This document shows, piece after piece, positions 37,886-50,718 of a stretch of 64,000 nucleotides of DNA. Both the position numbers and the translations under genes were made by a program. This DNA comes from Camelus ferus (Eukaryota). Under the pieces are notes generated by a model that was given only the letters and a program-made list of their open reading frames with translations, searched no databases and was not told where the DNA came from. The stretch is from positions 24,306,001 through 24,370,000 of the forward strand of contig NC_045696.1 of NCBI RefSeq assembly GCF_009834535.1. The letters are read 5' to 3'. Every line of letters begins with the position of its first letter. Positions within the stretch are counted from its first letter, which is position 1.

Positions 37886-39184
37886 CCGGGCATTTGGGAG
37901 AGCTATTGCTTAGAGAAACCAAGAGGAAAAGTAAGCTCTTGGAAGAGCCAGAGACAGCCCTAGACTGGGAGAGAAACAGACTCGAGCAGTGAGGAAGAGA
38001 GATTCCGAATAGAATAATTTACCCATAAGATGCAAAATGCGGAAAGATGGTTTTCCAAATAACTTGTCCCGATGTGGTGCAAGCGTGACAAATCTTCACA
38101 CTTCGTTCACTGGGGCTTTTTGGTACTCAAGACTACTGTCAGTGCTCGGCCTTGAGGAGGGCTAACATGGAAGTCCAGTTCCTGCAAGTTCCTGAGCGGC
38201 AGGAGTGATAGGGAAGTAGGGGCCCTGCGCTTGACACTTCACTGCCTCTGCTCTCGACAGGCTTATAATTTTGCGAAGGAGAGCAGCCAGAGTTCACGAA
38301 GGATCAGAGAGCAAGGCTGTGGTGTATGCACTGCTATTTCTGTTTAGTGCATTTTTCTCTCTCTGGAGTTTTTCATGGGTCCCGTGTCATCTGGCGTCTG
38401 TCCAAGGTTGTTTTATTTTTCTCACTCTTTCTTGCCATCGACGTCATGTGTTGTAATTTGGACTTCGGTCTGCAGTTCATGTTACAGCACAGGCTGTAAA
38501 TTCAGTCAACAAGCCTTTATGGAACAGAAAGTACTTTGAGCATCATGTGAAGAACCCTGAACTAAGGGTTTTCTTTGAGAAGGGTTGTTGGCTAGTTGAC
38601 CAGCTCTAATCTTTATGGGCTCCAGGTTGTGCTGTCTGTCAGCCCTGAGGTGGGTGGCAGGAGGTTGTGGGCCAAGGCCTGGGAGAGTTCCAGACAAAGC
38701 TTGAGACAAGGCATTAGACCTACGTGGGTCTAAAATCCCAGATGGGTGACACAGATGAAGGCCACGGGAAGAGACTGAGCCAGAGGAATCAGGAAACAAA
38801 CGCAAAACAGTTATAATTAGCGAAGGACAGAAGTTAGGTAAGGAAGTGGGTTTAAGGACCAGGAAATAAAATAAAAAACAAAAAACAAAAAACAAAATCC
38901 CAGTGAGAACTCTCCAGTCTTGGGGCTGGTGATTCGGGTGGAGTTTGGAACTGATGTCAGACTGACTCTGGAATTTTAGAAGATAAGAGCTTCTGGCCGA
39001 CCCGGGGATGGAGGGGCAGAGTTCTCTTGGCCTCACTGAGTTCTCAATGGAGACCACGTTTTGTTCAGAACCTTTTAGATGAGCTTTGCTTGGAACTCAT
39101 CTGAACTCTGACCATGGCTGATCCCCTGTCCTACCCCTTAGGGCATTTTTCTTTCTGAAATAGCAGATATTTCTAAGTAGGTTA

Positions 39185-39287
39185 TGCCATCACTCACAGA
39201 CTAAGAATAATTGAGATCATGGATGTCAGACGCTAAGCGTGTGCCGGCCACAGAGTGAGCACTCAATAAATGGTAGTGATGATGATC
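39185..39287 (+). mobile_element. MIR 3' fragment
   Basis: gtgtgccggccacagagtgagcactcaataaatggtagt. Confidence 0.65.
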
Positions 39288-40487
39288 CTACAAGCATGTG
39301 ATTACCTTTTTTATTTTTTCATTGCTTGCCCCATACAGCATTAGTCATGGGACAGTCCATTGCTTGTGGCTCACATAGACCCCCTCATTACTTTCAAAAG
39401 TGAATGTGAAATGGTATTTTCATCTCAATACCAGATTCCAGGCACACAGCAGCTAATCTCTTTTCTTTGACCATTATTCTACATACACTATAAATAGTTA
39501 TAATTTCTTTAGATCCAAGCAAGCATCTGTTTCTTCATTCTCAAGCCTTTTGAAAAGGCAAGTGCAGGAAGTTTCTCTAACTAACTAGTCATTATCAAGT
39601 TTAAGGTTGGAGACGTGGAAATCCCATTACTGCAGAGTTGATGGGAGCTGATCAAAACTTCAGTGCCCAGATTTTATTTGGTACTGTCCTCAGATTTTTT
39701 TCTTTTCCCCCCAACTGTCTCCTAATACCAAGACAAAGTTCACCTGTCTGAATTCCTGGGATCTCTCTTGGTTCCTTATTTTTTTTTTTTTAATAGACAC
39801 TGTGTTAGAAACCAGACAATCTTCAAGAACAGTTGCTATTTTTACAGACAGAGTGTATGTCCCCATCCGTCTCTGCTGCTTCCCACCTTATTTCCTCCAG
39901 AACACTCAGATAAACGCCGTCTGGCCTGAGCGCTTTATTGCACTTTGCTTTCTTCGATTGCAGCATGTCTTCTTCATTGGAAACTCTAATCTCTGTTTTT
40001 CTTGTGAAAAGCGTTCTCAGAAATTAGAATTTCCCCATCATTTCCCAGAGTCAAGTGTTGCCAGAGAACCAAACAAAACCCTCTCTGCGCTAGTGTTTCT
40101 CTACCGTTATTATCATTCCCTGCTGCCTGCCTGTGATGTCACATCCAGCGGTTTACCTGCCGGTGAGGCTGCCGTCCGGCCACGCTGGGTTTCTCCTTCA
40201 GAAGCCTGCTTTTTATTCCCCAAGGCCTTAATCTTCTTCTTTTTGGGAGTGTTTGGGCTATTTCCTTTGCGATATCCCAGTCTCTTTCCCCTGGTTGTCT
40301 GTTTTTAATGAACAAACAGTTAAATTCTTGGATTGGTGTTTTGAGTAAGAAGAACTCAAGGAAGCTCCCTTTGGCCCTCAGATTCTATGATTCTGTAACT
40401 TTTCGATTCACTTACTTTTACTACTTCTTTCCAAATAGTCTTTGTTAAGTGTGAATAGCACCACGGGTGGATTTTGTATCACAATGC

Positions 40488-40715
40488 TAGATCGCCTGGC
40501 TTGGGGTTTTGGCCCTGCTACTTCTTAGCAATGTGCTGTTGGCTGAGTTGTTTAACTTCAGTTTTCTTATTTGTGGATTGGGAATAATAAAATGATCTCT
40601 TCCTCAAGGTTGTTATGGTAATTAATATAGATTGTACATTATGAGCTAACAAACAATATGCCTGGAAGGTGTCTGACACATAAATGTGCAACAACTGTTA
40701 GAGCTGTGTTATTAC
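40488..40715 (+). mobile_element. MIR SINE
   Basis: ctgctacttcttagcaatgtgctgttggctgagttgtttaacttcagttttcttatttgt...ggttgttatgg. Confidence 0.7.
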
Positions 40716-41284
40716 CCTTGATTCAGTGGATGTTAGATGAGTCACAATATCACATAACCACCTGTCCCAAAGCTGTGGTCTTAGATGGAGGACAGTGCAA
40801 TGTGGTGGTGAAAAAGGAAAGACATTTGAGACAAATGGGAACAGGAAATTGGATATATCTCACAATATGATCAAACATAGGCTGTGATCTAAGAAAATCC
40901 AGGAGAAATATTTAAACTTAAAAGAAAGACAGAAATAATGCATGGAAAAGCGGTTATTTATGGTACTCACAGGTGGTAAGCTTTTCCTAATAATTTCATC
41001 ATTAATGTCGTGAGTCAAAAGAGGTAGGCTTAAATAATGATTTGGATGATGTGAGGACATTTCTTCTCTGCTCCACGGTGACCATATATGCTTCTGGGCA
41101 AATCGTTCCACTTACTAATTTTTTCTGGTAAGACAACATTTGGCATCAAATCAGGAATTTTGCCCTCAGAGGCCTGGAAACTCACAAAAAAAAGGTCATA
41201 CGGAGCTATCTGTGTCTTTTTTTGTGACCTACTCCCGCTTAGCATGGTATCTCCGGTGACATGGAGTCTAGTATCTTCACTACT

Positions 41285-42324
41285 TTCTTTTTTAAAAAAT
41301 TATAGTTGAGTACAATATTATGTTAGTTTCAGGTGTACGTCATAGTGATCCAACAATGAAATACATTGCAAAATGATTACCACAACACATCCAGTAACCA
41401 TCTGTCACCATACAAAATTATTACAGTGTTATTGACTTTATTCTTTATGCTGTATGTTACACCCTGATTTATTTTATAATTGGAAGCTTGTATCTCTTAA
41501 TCCCCTATACCAATTTCACCCAACCACCCACCCCTTCTCCTCTGGGAACCATCAATTGCTTTCTGTATCTATAAGTTTGTTTCTGTGTTGTTTTGTTTAT
41601 TTGGTTGTTATGTTTTTTAGATTCTACATACAAGTGAGATCATACAGTGTTTGTCTTTCTCTGACTTGTTTCACTTAGCATAATACCTTCTAGGTCTATT
41701 AATGTTGTAAATTGCATAATTTTACTCTTTTTTATGTCTGAATAATATTCCTTTGTGTGTGTGTGTGTGTGTGCACACATATATATTGCTTTTTCTTTAT
41801 CCACTTATCTATCAATGGACATTTATATTTTTTCCATATCTTGGTTATAATAAATAATGCTGCAATGAATATGGGGTGCAGATATTTTTTCAAATTAGTA
41901 TTTTTTTCCTTCTGGTAAATACTCAAAAGTAGAATTGCTGTATTGTATGGTAGTTCTATTTTTAATTTTTTGAGGTACCTCCATACTGTTTTCCATAGTG
42001 GCTGCATCAATTTACATTCCCACCAACAGTGCATAAGGGTTCCCTTTTCTACACATCCTCTCCAACACTTGTCATTTGTTGTCTTTTTGATGACAGCCAT
42101 TCTTACAGAGGTAAGGTGATGTCTCATTGTGGCTTTGATTCACATTTCCCTGATCATGTTGAGCATCTTTTCATGTGTCTGGCTTAGTCATCCATACATG
42201 TCTTCTTTGGAGAAATGTCTATCCAGGTCCTCTGCCCATTTTTAAATTAGATTGTTTGTTTATCGATAATGAGTTGTATGATTTCTTTATGCAATTTGGA
42301 TATTCACTCCTTATCAGATATATC
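41285..42324 (-). mobile_element. 5'-truncated LINE-1 (L1MA9-like) with ORF2 C-terminal remnant, antisense
   Basis: ORF 41732..42127(-) [15 protein letters not shown]...[36 protein letters not shown] is the L1 ORF2p Cys-rich C-terminus; 3' UTR follows. Confidence 0.92.
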
Positions 42325-43799
42325 TGGTGCCCTCAGTCTTGAAGGTTGATCTCATTCCAGCCTGGATAGAGTGAGGGAGGAGAGCTTTAAGAGTCTGTAG
42401 CTTCCTCAAATGGATTAATCTGAGCCCTAAAATTATTCTTTGGATAGGCTGGGCAGTATGAGAATAGCCCATGGACACTGATTCATAAATTACCTATATT
42501 TAGTCAAATATCTACTCAAATACATAACATAAAATATATAATAAACATATATATATGTGTATATATATTTATATATATATATAAATCAAGGCGATCAGTC
42601 TGGGCTACCATCTAGGTTAACCTCACAATTGGTTTAGATGCCTGAACTAAGCTGGGGCGGCCCAGTCTTGCCCCAAGGCTGAGCTGGTAAAATCTTTCCC
42701 CCATGATTGAGACCATGAAGCTAAAAAATTTTGGGGCAATCTCCCCAATTATTTCAACATAGTGCTTCTTTGTTTGATCTGAGGACCCCTAATTTGCTTG
42801 AAGGATGAATTAGTCTGTATCTATTTGCAGTTAGAAGGCAAGTCGAGTGATTGATCTTAAAAGTCATTTATATAAAGCACATAGCTTCCCTGTCTCGATT
42901 TCATTTTCCTTCTTCAGTGAATCACAAGAGGGTGACCATGGACGTTTAATGTGCAGCTGGGTCGGAGACCTTGAAATCCTCTGCAACATCAACTTTGAAA
43001 GCTTCCTTATTGGGAATGGGAAGATGTTTGCTTCTCCAACTCCTTTGTGGGAATATAACCAGCTTTAATATTTTAATTAAACATTGTATTTTAGGCTTGT
43101 ACTGATGTCTAAATATCATGGGAGTAGGTGTTCTTTTCACAGTGTTTAGACACTACATTGTTTTGTACGTCAAGCTCTAAGAAGAGCAGAGACATCTAAG
43201 CACCGCGGCTCAAACAGTCTAGGCATATCAGAGTAACTGGGTGGGTAAGCACACATTTACCTGGGGCCTCAGGGTCTTTGCATCTCCTTGCTGTGCTCAC
43301 AGCCAGGGTATTGTTCTCAGCAGCATGGTGGAAGGTGGGCAATACTGTCCCCAGGCAACCATGGGTCAAGCTAGAACTTTATTTCTATAGAAGGGAAGAG
43401 CTGCTTCGGGGGACTCTAACACAAAAACACAGATTTGTTCTTTCTTATAGTGAAAACTGGCATTTGATGAAGACTTTCATTGTTTTAGAAGTGCAGCTGA
43501 CTTTCCTGTTAAATAATTGAGATGTCCTAGCCCACACTCTAATGGGATGACAGTTTAACTATGTGAGAAACTCTTTGTACCAACTGATAACTCAGTTGCT
43601 TGGGGAGGAGAAAAGGAAGAAAAAGCAGTTTTGTGTACAGGTGCCTGGAAGGGGAGCAAGGGGGAAAAGAAGGTGGGGAGATACTGCTTTTCCTCAGCTG
43701 ACTTGAGGGACTACCAATAAGGTCCAATTGAAAGAGGCGTTAGGAGCCAAAGGAGCTATTTCAATGAATAACTAAAGTGATGGTGGTAAGAATGATGAA

Positions 43800-44070
43800 G
43801 ATGAAAATAATAATATCTATATCGTTTGTTGAATGCTTCTCAACTTCTGGCATTATGCCAAATGCCTGATCTATTAAGATAGTATTTCATTTAATCCTCA
43901 CAATAATTTTATGAAGAAGGAATGATTATTTCCGTCACATTAAAGAAGGAAAAATAGAAATTCAGGTTCAGAAAGGTTTCATATCTTGCTGAAAGTCAAA
44001 GAAATGGTAACGGCAAGGACAAGATTGGAATCTAGATGTGATTTTAGAGCCAAATTCTAGACTATTGGGT
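43800..44070 (-). mobile_element. MIR SINE, antisense
   Basis: ttcatttaatcctcacaataatttt...attatt...aggttcagaaaggtt...aagtca...attggaatctagatgtgattttagagcc. Confidence 0.7.
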
Positions 44071-45089
44071 TCTAGAGCTCTGGCCTACCAATAGCAAAGT
44101 GCAGCTCAAAAGCTGGGGGAGAGTTTATCCTTCTAATGTTTTTCAACATCCTTCCTTCCTCCACTCCCACCCTTCATCTTACTCCCTCAACCACTCCCCC
44201 AGCCTCCAAAAAGACTCTCACGCAGCAGCCTGGCAGAAGATGGGAACACCCCAGGGAGGACTGTGCTCAGAGAGGGGCCCAGAGCAGGGGCCTGGGAAGC
44301 AAGGGGGCTTATGGAAGGGCCCAGGGACAAAGAACATCAACTGGCTTGTTTCGGAGCATACATGAGCTCTTTCTCTGGGACTTTGTGGAAATAGAGAAGA
44401 TCTTAAGAGGGAACTCATGTTGACTTGCATGTTACTGTTGATGCAACCTGACTGGTCCTCCTTTGCTGATGAGGCACAGAACCACCCAGTCACACCAGTA
44501 ATTGTCAGAGACTGCATTCCCCAAATCTCTCCCAAGTGCTTCTAGATTTGCAAAATGGAGGGGTTGAATGAGATGCCACCCCCCCCACCACCAAATTTCT
44601 TTTAGCTTTAAGAAGCTACAAACTTAAAATTTATTTTCAGCTGGAACCCAAGTTGGGACAGTAGGTACTAATGCATTTATACTGATTCTGACTCAAGAAG
44701 AAGAACTCAAGGCCAATGTGAGGGGAAGAAAGAACAAATGGAAAGTGATGTGGCTCAGGACTAAACCACCATCTAGAAAGGTCACAGTTTGGAAACACTA
44801 TATGACAACATTTTGCTTCTATTTCTTTATCTAGAAAATCCCAACATAACCAAAGAAACCGTGATTGTAATCCTTTTACCTGGGGCCACCTGCCCTGGCC
44901 CTGAGTCTCTTATTTCTATGATTGGCTCAGGTTCCTGGGCCTCCAACCTTTGGAAGCTGAATATGAAATCAGTCTAATGGGAAGTTATTATGCTTTCTCC
45001 TCAGTGACGAGTATCCTGAGAGCCCTTCCAGACGTTAAATAGAGGAGGGAGTCATTTACATGATCATCTTTCTACCTCCGTCAAACTAT

Positions 45090-45640
45090 CCTTCCATCCA
45101 TTTATTCAGTAGCCATTCATGTAGCACTTACTACATAGCAAACGCTGTGTTGGATTCTGCGGAAAGTGAGTCCAGAAAAATGACACGCTTTCTGCCCTTG
45201 GCAGAATTTAAAACAATCCAATGTCAGTGGTGGAGAGCTAGTTTCAGCCAATGTCCTGGCTGCTACAGTTGACCAGCAAATTAAGTTGTATGCATCACAG
45301 TACAGAAGCACTTCATAAAACCAGTGGGACTAGGAAAGGCATTCAGAGAACTAGCCTGAGTTGGGTCTTGAAGTATGAATATGAATTACTTGGAGGACTA
45401 AGAGGAAAGGTATTCCTAAAATCAGACACGTAGGAAGATACAGGGAGCATTTGCACAGCACACTTAGGTAGGGAATGGCAAGCAGTTTTGCATAAGTCAA
45501 AAACACACAATATTAATAAGGAAGAAGAAAAAGATAGGACCATTTTGTGAAGAAGCTAGTGTAATATGTTGGCTGGCCAAGATGTTTGATTTTGCCATGA
45601 GGATACTAGAGAATTGCTCAATCAGTTTAGAGGGGAGAGT
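45090..45640 (-). mobile_element. LINE-2 (L2b/c-like) 3' region, antisense
   Basis: tccatccatttattcag...agcacttactac and ctgagttgggtcttgaagtatgaata. Confidence 0.6.
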
Positions 45641-45751
45641 AACTTATTCTTCAAGAGAATTATGAAAATAAGGTGTCCTTAAGTTGACAGTCTGTGATTC
45701 TTAATGTCATTGGTGATTTCTAGAAGCATTTAACTGCATCTTCCTGTGTCA

Positions 45752-46188
45752 TGGCCCTTATTCTTAAGTTCTCATAGTTACAGGTATTCCCTGGGAACAT
45801 TTTTAAACCCCAATGACCCTGCTCTATCTCAGTCCACTTAATTTAAATGTCCTTTTTAAAGTAAACTTTGCGTTGAAGTAAAACACCCACGTGGCAAAGG
45901 GCACGTATCAAAAGTGAACAGCTCAATGAGTTATCACAAAGAGAATGTCCTCAAGTAATCAGAACCAGAAAATTCTGTCAACACAATACAAAGAATATGC
46001 AAGATATACTTTTAGAATTGGGGCTGAGAATAGATTTTAAAAAAAGTTTAGTATTTACTTTGATTCTAAAAGTAAATGACTCTAAAATGACTTACCAAAA
46101 CCAACATCTAGGGTTGGTTCCCAGACATCAAGGATATTTTGTAGTTCCTAGGTGATGTCAAAGCACAGCCAAAGTTGAGAACGTCTGT
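45752..46188. mobile_element. MER5-like hAT-Charlie element apparently split by a short antisense L1 fragment (~45853-45980)
   Basis: ggtgatgtcaaagcacagccaaagttgagaacgtctg is a MER5A-like end; ttgaagtaaaacacccac...aagtgaacagctcaatgagtt is an antisense L1 3' end. Confidence 0.5.
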
Positions 46189-47829
46189 GCTCAGGGTTAT
46201 TCCACAAAGCTGAGCGGACTGTGTATGTTCAGTCTGTCTTATACCCTGTTGAATCTCAGCTCTCCTTCGCTGTTCATTAAGGTACACTCTGAATCCTGTT
46301 CCTGCCAGTTTTCATTCTGTAATTTTGAAAAAGACCCTCCCAAGGAATTGCATAAGAGTGCTCTCTCTCAATTCGATTGTAATTTATTGTTGGAGGCAGC
46401 AAAATTAACTAAACATTACAATGTGGTGAGATGGTCACTCTGATGTTTCTCCTTGCAGGGACTGCTGTGGAAGGGACACTGGTAGTCAGAGAGGGAGAGG
46501 GAGGTGAGGTGTCAAGGAGGAGCAATACTAAGGCAGAGTTCAGGGTCCCAGGGATCAAGGACAAGTGGATTATTCCAGGAAGGGGAATCAGAATGTGTAA
46601 GGCAAGGGAACAAGAAAAACATGGCAAAGACCCAGGGTTCTCATGACACTATGTTCATACCGCTTGGAGTACATTCCTCACATTGCTGTGGATGGTTGAT
46701 TTTATATGGATCTAGTCCTATTTCTGTCCTATGAGAACATATAATAATAGCCTCTTATAAAATGAAGTGGTTTGCAGGCAAAGAAAAAAGATACAGAATT
46801 CAGTCAGACAGAAGTATGAAGACAACTAGCTTAATACAATGTGGTGACTTAAAAATCAAACAGAAGAAATATAAACATTCATGGGAATACATTCACAAGA
46901 TGGATAGAAACCAGAAATTATTCTCATGAATGTAACACCAGCCTAAGTGTCATGAGCGGTGTCCAGATGCCCTTCACCTCCTGGTTTAATACCTGATTTT
47001 CCCTGAACACGCTTCTAAATGCAGTGACTTCCTTTTGGTCAACATCCTAATCAATGTGATCACGTCTCTCTCAAATTTCATCCCTTACTTGGAAGCCACA
47101 CTTTGACTCAGAAGGAACTTCCACCCTTCCTTACAGCTGTTGAGAGGGGAATCGTAACAAGAGGAAGTAGCCCCATGTGCTCTCCCCACTTCCTTCCTGG
47201 CTTGTCATTCCTGGGTCTGGGTCATCCAGCTGCATCCAGGAGTCCCAGAGGATGTTATGACAATTACTTACAGTGTAAATGGGTCTAGGACACAGCTTCT
47301 TCAGAGCTGTAGCTTCTATTTTTAATTTGCATTTAAAATTAATCAGAAAGTCCAAGAACTTACCTGACATTGTCAAAACTGACATCAGTGAAAATTACTT
47401 ATTATGAATGTGCTGACTGCCTATCTTTATTTCAAAGTTCTCACTGTTTTCTGTAGTTTTCTCATTAAACTGCAAAAATATTAAGGTAGACAAGTAGGTG
47501 GTATTATCCTCATTTAGACAGATAAATTGTGACAAATGTGCTTCTTAAAAGATTTTTGCAACAAATATTCATTCATAGATTGGATTTTTTTAAAATCCAA
47601 AGCATTCCCAAAGGTTATTCAGTGAAAAGAACGGACACATTTATCATTTATTTTACTGGAAAAAGACACTTAGGACTTGCATGCAACAGCTTCTTTTGAT
47701 GGTGGTTTAGGGAGTTTTTCTCAGCAAGCTGATTGGATTTGGTCAATTTTCAGTTGATGACTCTTCTGTACTTCTTAAATTTGCCACTATTACTTCAAGA
47801 AAGCAAGTCTTACTCTTATTAAATAAATA

Positions 47830-47946
47830 TAGTTGTCCTTTGGTATCTGTTGGACTTTCTGGAACTTTTTTTTTTTCCTGAATATTTTTGATCTGCAGTT
47901 GGTTGACTCTGAAGATGTGGACCCCATGGGTGTGGAGGGTGGACTG
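47830..47946. mobile_element. MER2-like Tigger MITE, internally deleted
   Basis: Ends agttgtcctttggtatc and tgggtgtggagggtggactg; gaatatttttgatctgcagttggttga matches the recalled MER2. Confidence 0.7.
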
Positions 47947-49554
47947 TGCATGTTTGGGGCTCTACAGCTGTCCTCTTGGCTTCATGTTTGAGCTTTAACA
48001 TGTGGAAGATTTCAAAGATTGTCCATTGCTAATTCCCCTGAGGTTCATTGGGTTCATTCATCCATTTCTTTATTCTGTCCATATCCCCCATCATTTTCAG
48101 TAAACATCTCTCAATTCCACAGTCCTTTAAATCTTTCTGATTTAAACCGCACTTGAACTCCGGTTGAGCAAAACAAACAAACAAACAAACATAATGGTGC
48201 AGGATTAGTTGTAGAAATGGCCTTAAGATAAGATTGTAAATACTCATTTAAAAACTGTCTTAGATTTATCTTTTCCAGATATGCCAATCTCGGGGCAGAG
48301 ACAGGTTAGGAAAGAGCTTTTGTGACTGATCTTTCTCTGAGATTCAAAAAAAATAAAATAAATTCTGACGTTCGATTCCAAGGCAAGTGATAAAGATCAA
48401 AGACTCATTTTATTACAATATTTTTGTTTTTATTGAACAGATTCACTTTGGATCTTGGCTTGCATTAGGAATGTTTACCTTTTAATAAGTGATCTGTTTA
48501 AATGTGGATCAGAGAACAAGGGTTTCTGTTTTACAGTTCAACTTTTGACCTTGGGGGATGAATGGGTGGAGGCTAAGAGGAAAAGTCCACTGTGTTTTTA
48601 CTGAACTTTTTACCCTTAAAAAAAAAAAAAAATCAGCAAGTTTAAAGTTCACACAGTGCACAAGAGGTCTCCACTGGGGATTTCTGGTATTATTAACTTC
48701 CTGACCTCAGATAATTAAAAAGAAAGAGCAGAGCCACCTCAGACTATGACTCAACTTTGAACTTTTAACCTCCCAAGTAAAGTATTTAAATTGTAAATGG
48801 TAGACCCTGGAAGCTTTCTTATTGCTATTAACTTCCTTCATCCCTGGTCATGAAGTTATAATTTAGGCCAAAAGCAGAGGCCAATCTTTCCTTTTTATTT
48901 ACTTAACCTCTTTTAGCAGAAAGGACTGAGAACACTATTTACCTAGAAATGACAGGTATTCTGGTGAAAGAAGTTAAACTTAAAGGGTCATTGAATTTTG
49001 GAACCAGAAGCAACCCTACATGATCCGTCCAGGCTCCTCAGCTGTGAAAGAGAATACTAAGAACCAGGGAGGTGGTGACTTCCTTAGGGTCAGACACGTA
49101 ACAGAACAAGAGAGCATCCCTGATCCATTAGCTGTATTTGTTTCAGTACAAGAGGGATTCAAGCATGGTTGGGGGTAAGAAATATTTTCTTTAGTAGCAT
49201 AGGGGTCTACAGGATCTGTGCTTTTATTTTTGTTAAAATCCATAAGGTGGGAAAAAAAATCACTGGTTAGGGAGTCAAGAATCCTAGGTACTAAGTGACC
49301 CCTTCACTCTATTGGTTGCATAACCTTGGGGACTCATTTAATTTTTCCAAGTCATGATTTGCTTGGTTATCAAGTGGAATGTAGTTGGGTGGAGATAATA
49401 AGCATTTAAGACTCCTTTGTGTTATGACATCTTTTGGTTCAATGGTATTCTTGCCTGAAGAATTCTTGCTGGGATTCATATTTAAACACTGTATAGATAA
49501 TACAGTTCTCAAAACAGCTAGGTTTTCTTAACACGGAGGATAGGGCTAGAGGGC

Positions 49555-50625
49555 TGTGGTTTTAGGGTAAATGGTTGCATGACACTGGGCTTGACACTGA
49601 TAGGGGGCTCATTTCTAAGAAGAGACAACCATCTCAAAGGAGAAGGGGACTATCATGTAATGAGGCATAAGGAACAGAGAAGGGAAGAACAAAAGAACCA
49701 GGACAAAGAAAGGAGGCATGACCAGGAGGAGAGGCATCAGAAAGGAGGGTAACAACAAGATGGCAGCCCCCTCAGTTGGGTGGGAACCCAGCCAACGCTT
49801 GTGATACTGAGAAAGCCAACAAGTACGTTGTGAAACCGCCAGAGCCACATGCTGTTACCACCGAAGCTTAGATAGGCAGGTCTCACTGGCACCGGTACAA
49901 CACGCAGCGTGTAGGAGAGCCAGTGATCCCAGGGCCCTCTCTTCCCTCCTGCTATTCGCTAACACCTTTATTGCCTCCAGTTAGTTACTCACACCGCTCT
50001 CATTCCCATCTGTCAAGGAGAATTCCCTTCCAACATTCTGTCCTTCTTTCCTTATACAAAAGAGAGGCTCCCAGAGTGGCTGCAAAGCACAGAGCTGATA
50101 TTGAGCTCTGAGATGAGGCAAGCTTGGAGTAGGGTGAGCACCAATCTCCTTTCCTGCTCCCAAGAAAGGAGGGAGATTGACTGTAGGATCCTGCCTGAGA
50201 CCCTCAGACATAGACAGCTGGAGGGGCAGGAGATCACAGTGGCTGTCTGACTGGAGGCCTGTCTGCTTGGCCTGGTAGGAGAGTCTGGGGTGACTGCCTG
50301 GTCCAAGTGCCAACAGCTGTGATGGACTCCTATCGCGTCGCAGGTGTTTACACACCCATCTCCTCGACCACTCTCAGCTGCTTCACGCTCGTTTACTTCT
50401 GCTTTACAGACGCCTCCATTCCTTCTCCCTCCTCTGAGGGCCACCAAGGCAGGTGATTACTATTTGAGCAAGAGTCTGTGCAGATGTGAATATGTCTGAT
50501 CAGGTGGTGGACGTTGCAGACGAGTGGGTTGCAAGGAACTATCAACTGGGGGTTTCGGTGGGCAAAATCACCCAGTTGTTTTCTCTGCTCAGTAAGCTCT
50601 GTTCATGCACCAAATTCCTCCCACA
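49555..50625 (-). mobile_element. Possible ancient solo LTR (Gypsy-type LTR81/85/88-like?), family uncertain
   Basis: Minus strand begins TGTGGGAGGAATTTGG and has AATAAA at 49972-49967; possible ...ACCACA end; GC-richer than the flanks; no TSD seen. Confidence 0.35.
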
Positions 50626-50705
50626 TTTTCTAGTCTTGAATACATTCCTTCCTGTGTAGATATCCAGTGTGCAGTCACGTTAACCTCAAGATCCCCCGAG
50701 GAGGG

Positions 50706-50718
50706 AGGTCACAGGTCA
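50706..50718 (+). promoter_or_regulatory. Perfect nuclear-receptor DR1 motif
   Basis: AGGTCA-C-AGGTCA seen directly; function not shown. Confidence 0.4.

Noticed and set aside
38506..39057. 183-aa minus-strand ORF
   Set aside because: GTG start, passes through a (TTTTTG)n simple repeat, no recognisable domain.
41732..42127. 131-aa ORF as a functional gene
   Set aside because: Decayed LINE-1 ORF2p C-terminus in a truncated copy; it drifts out of frame.
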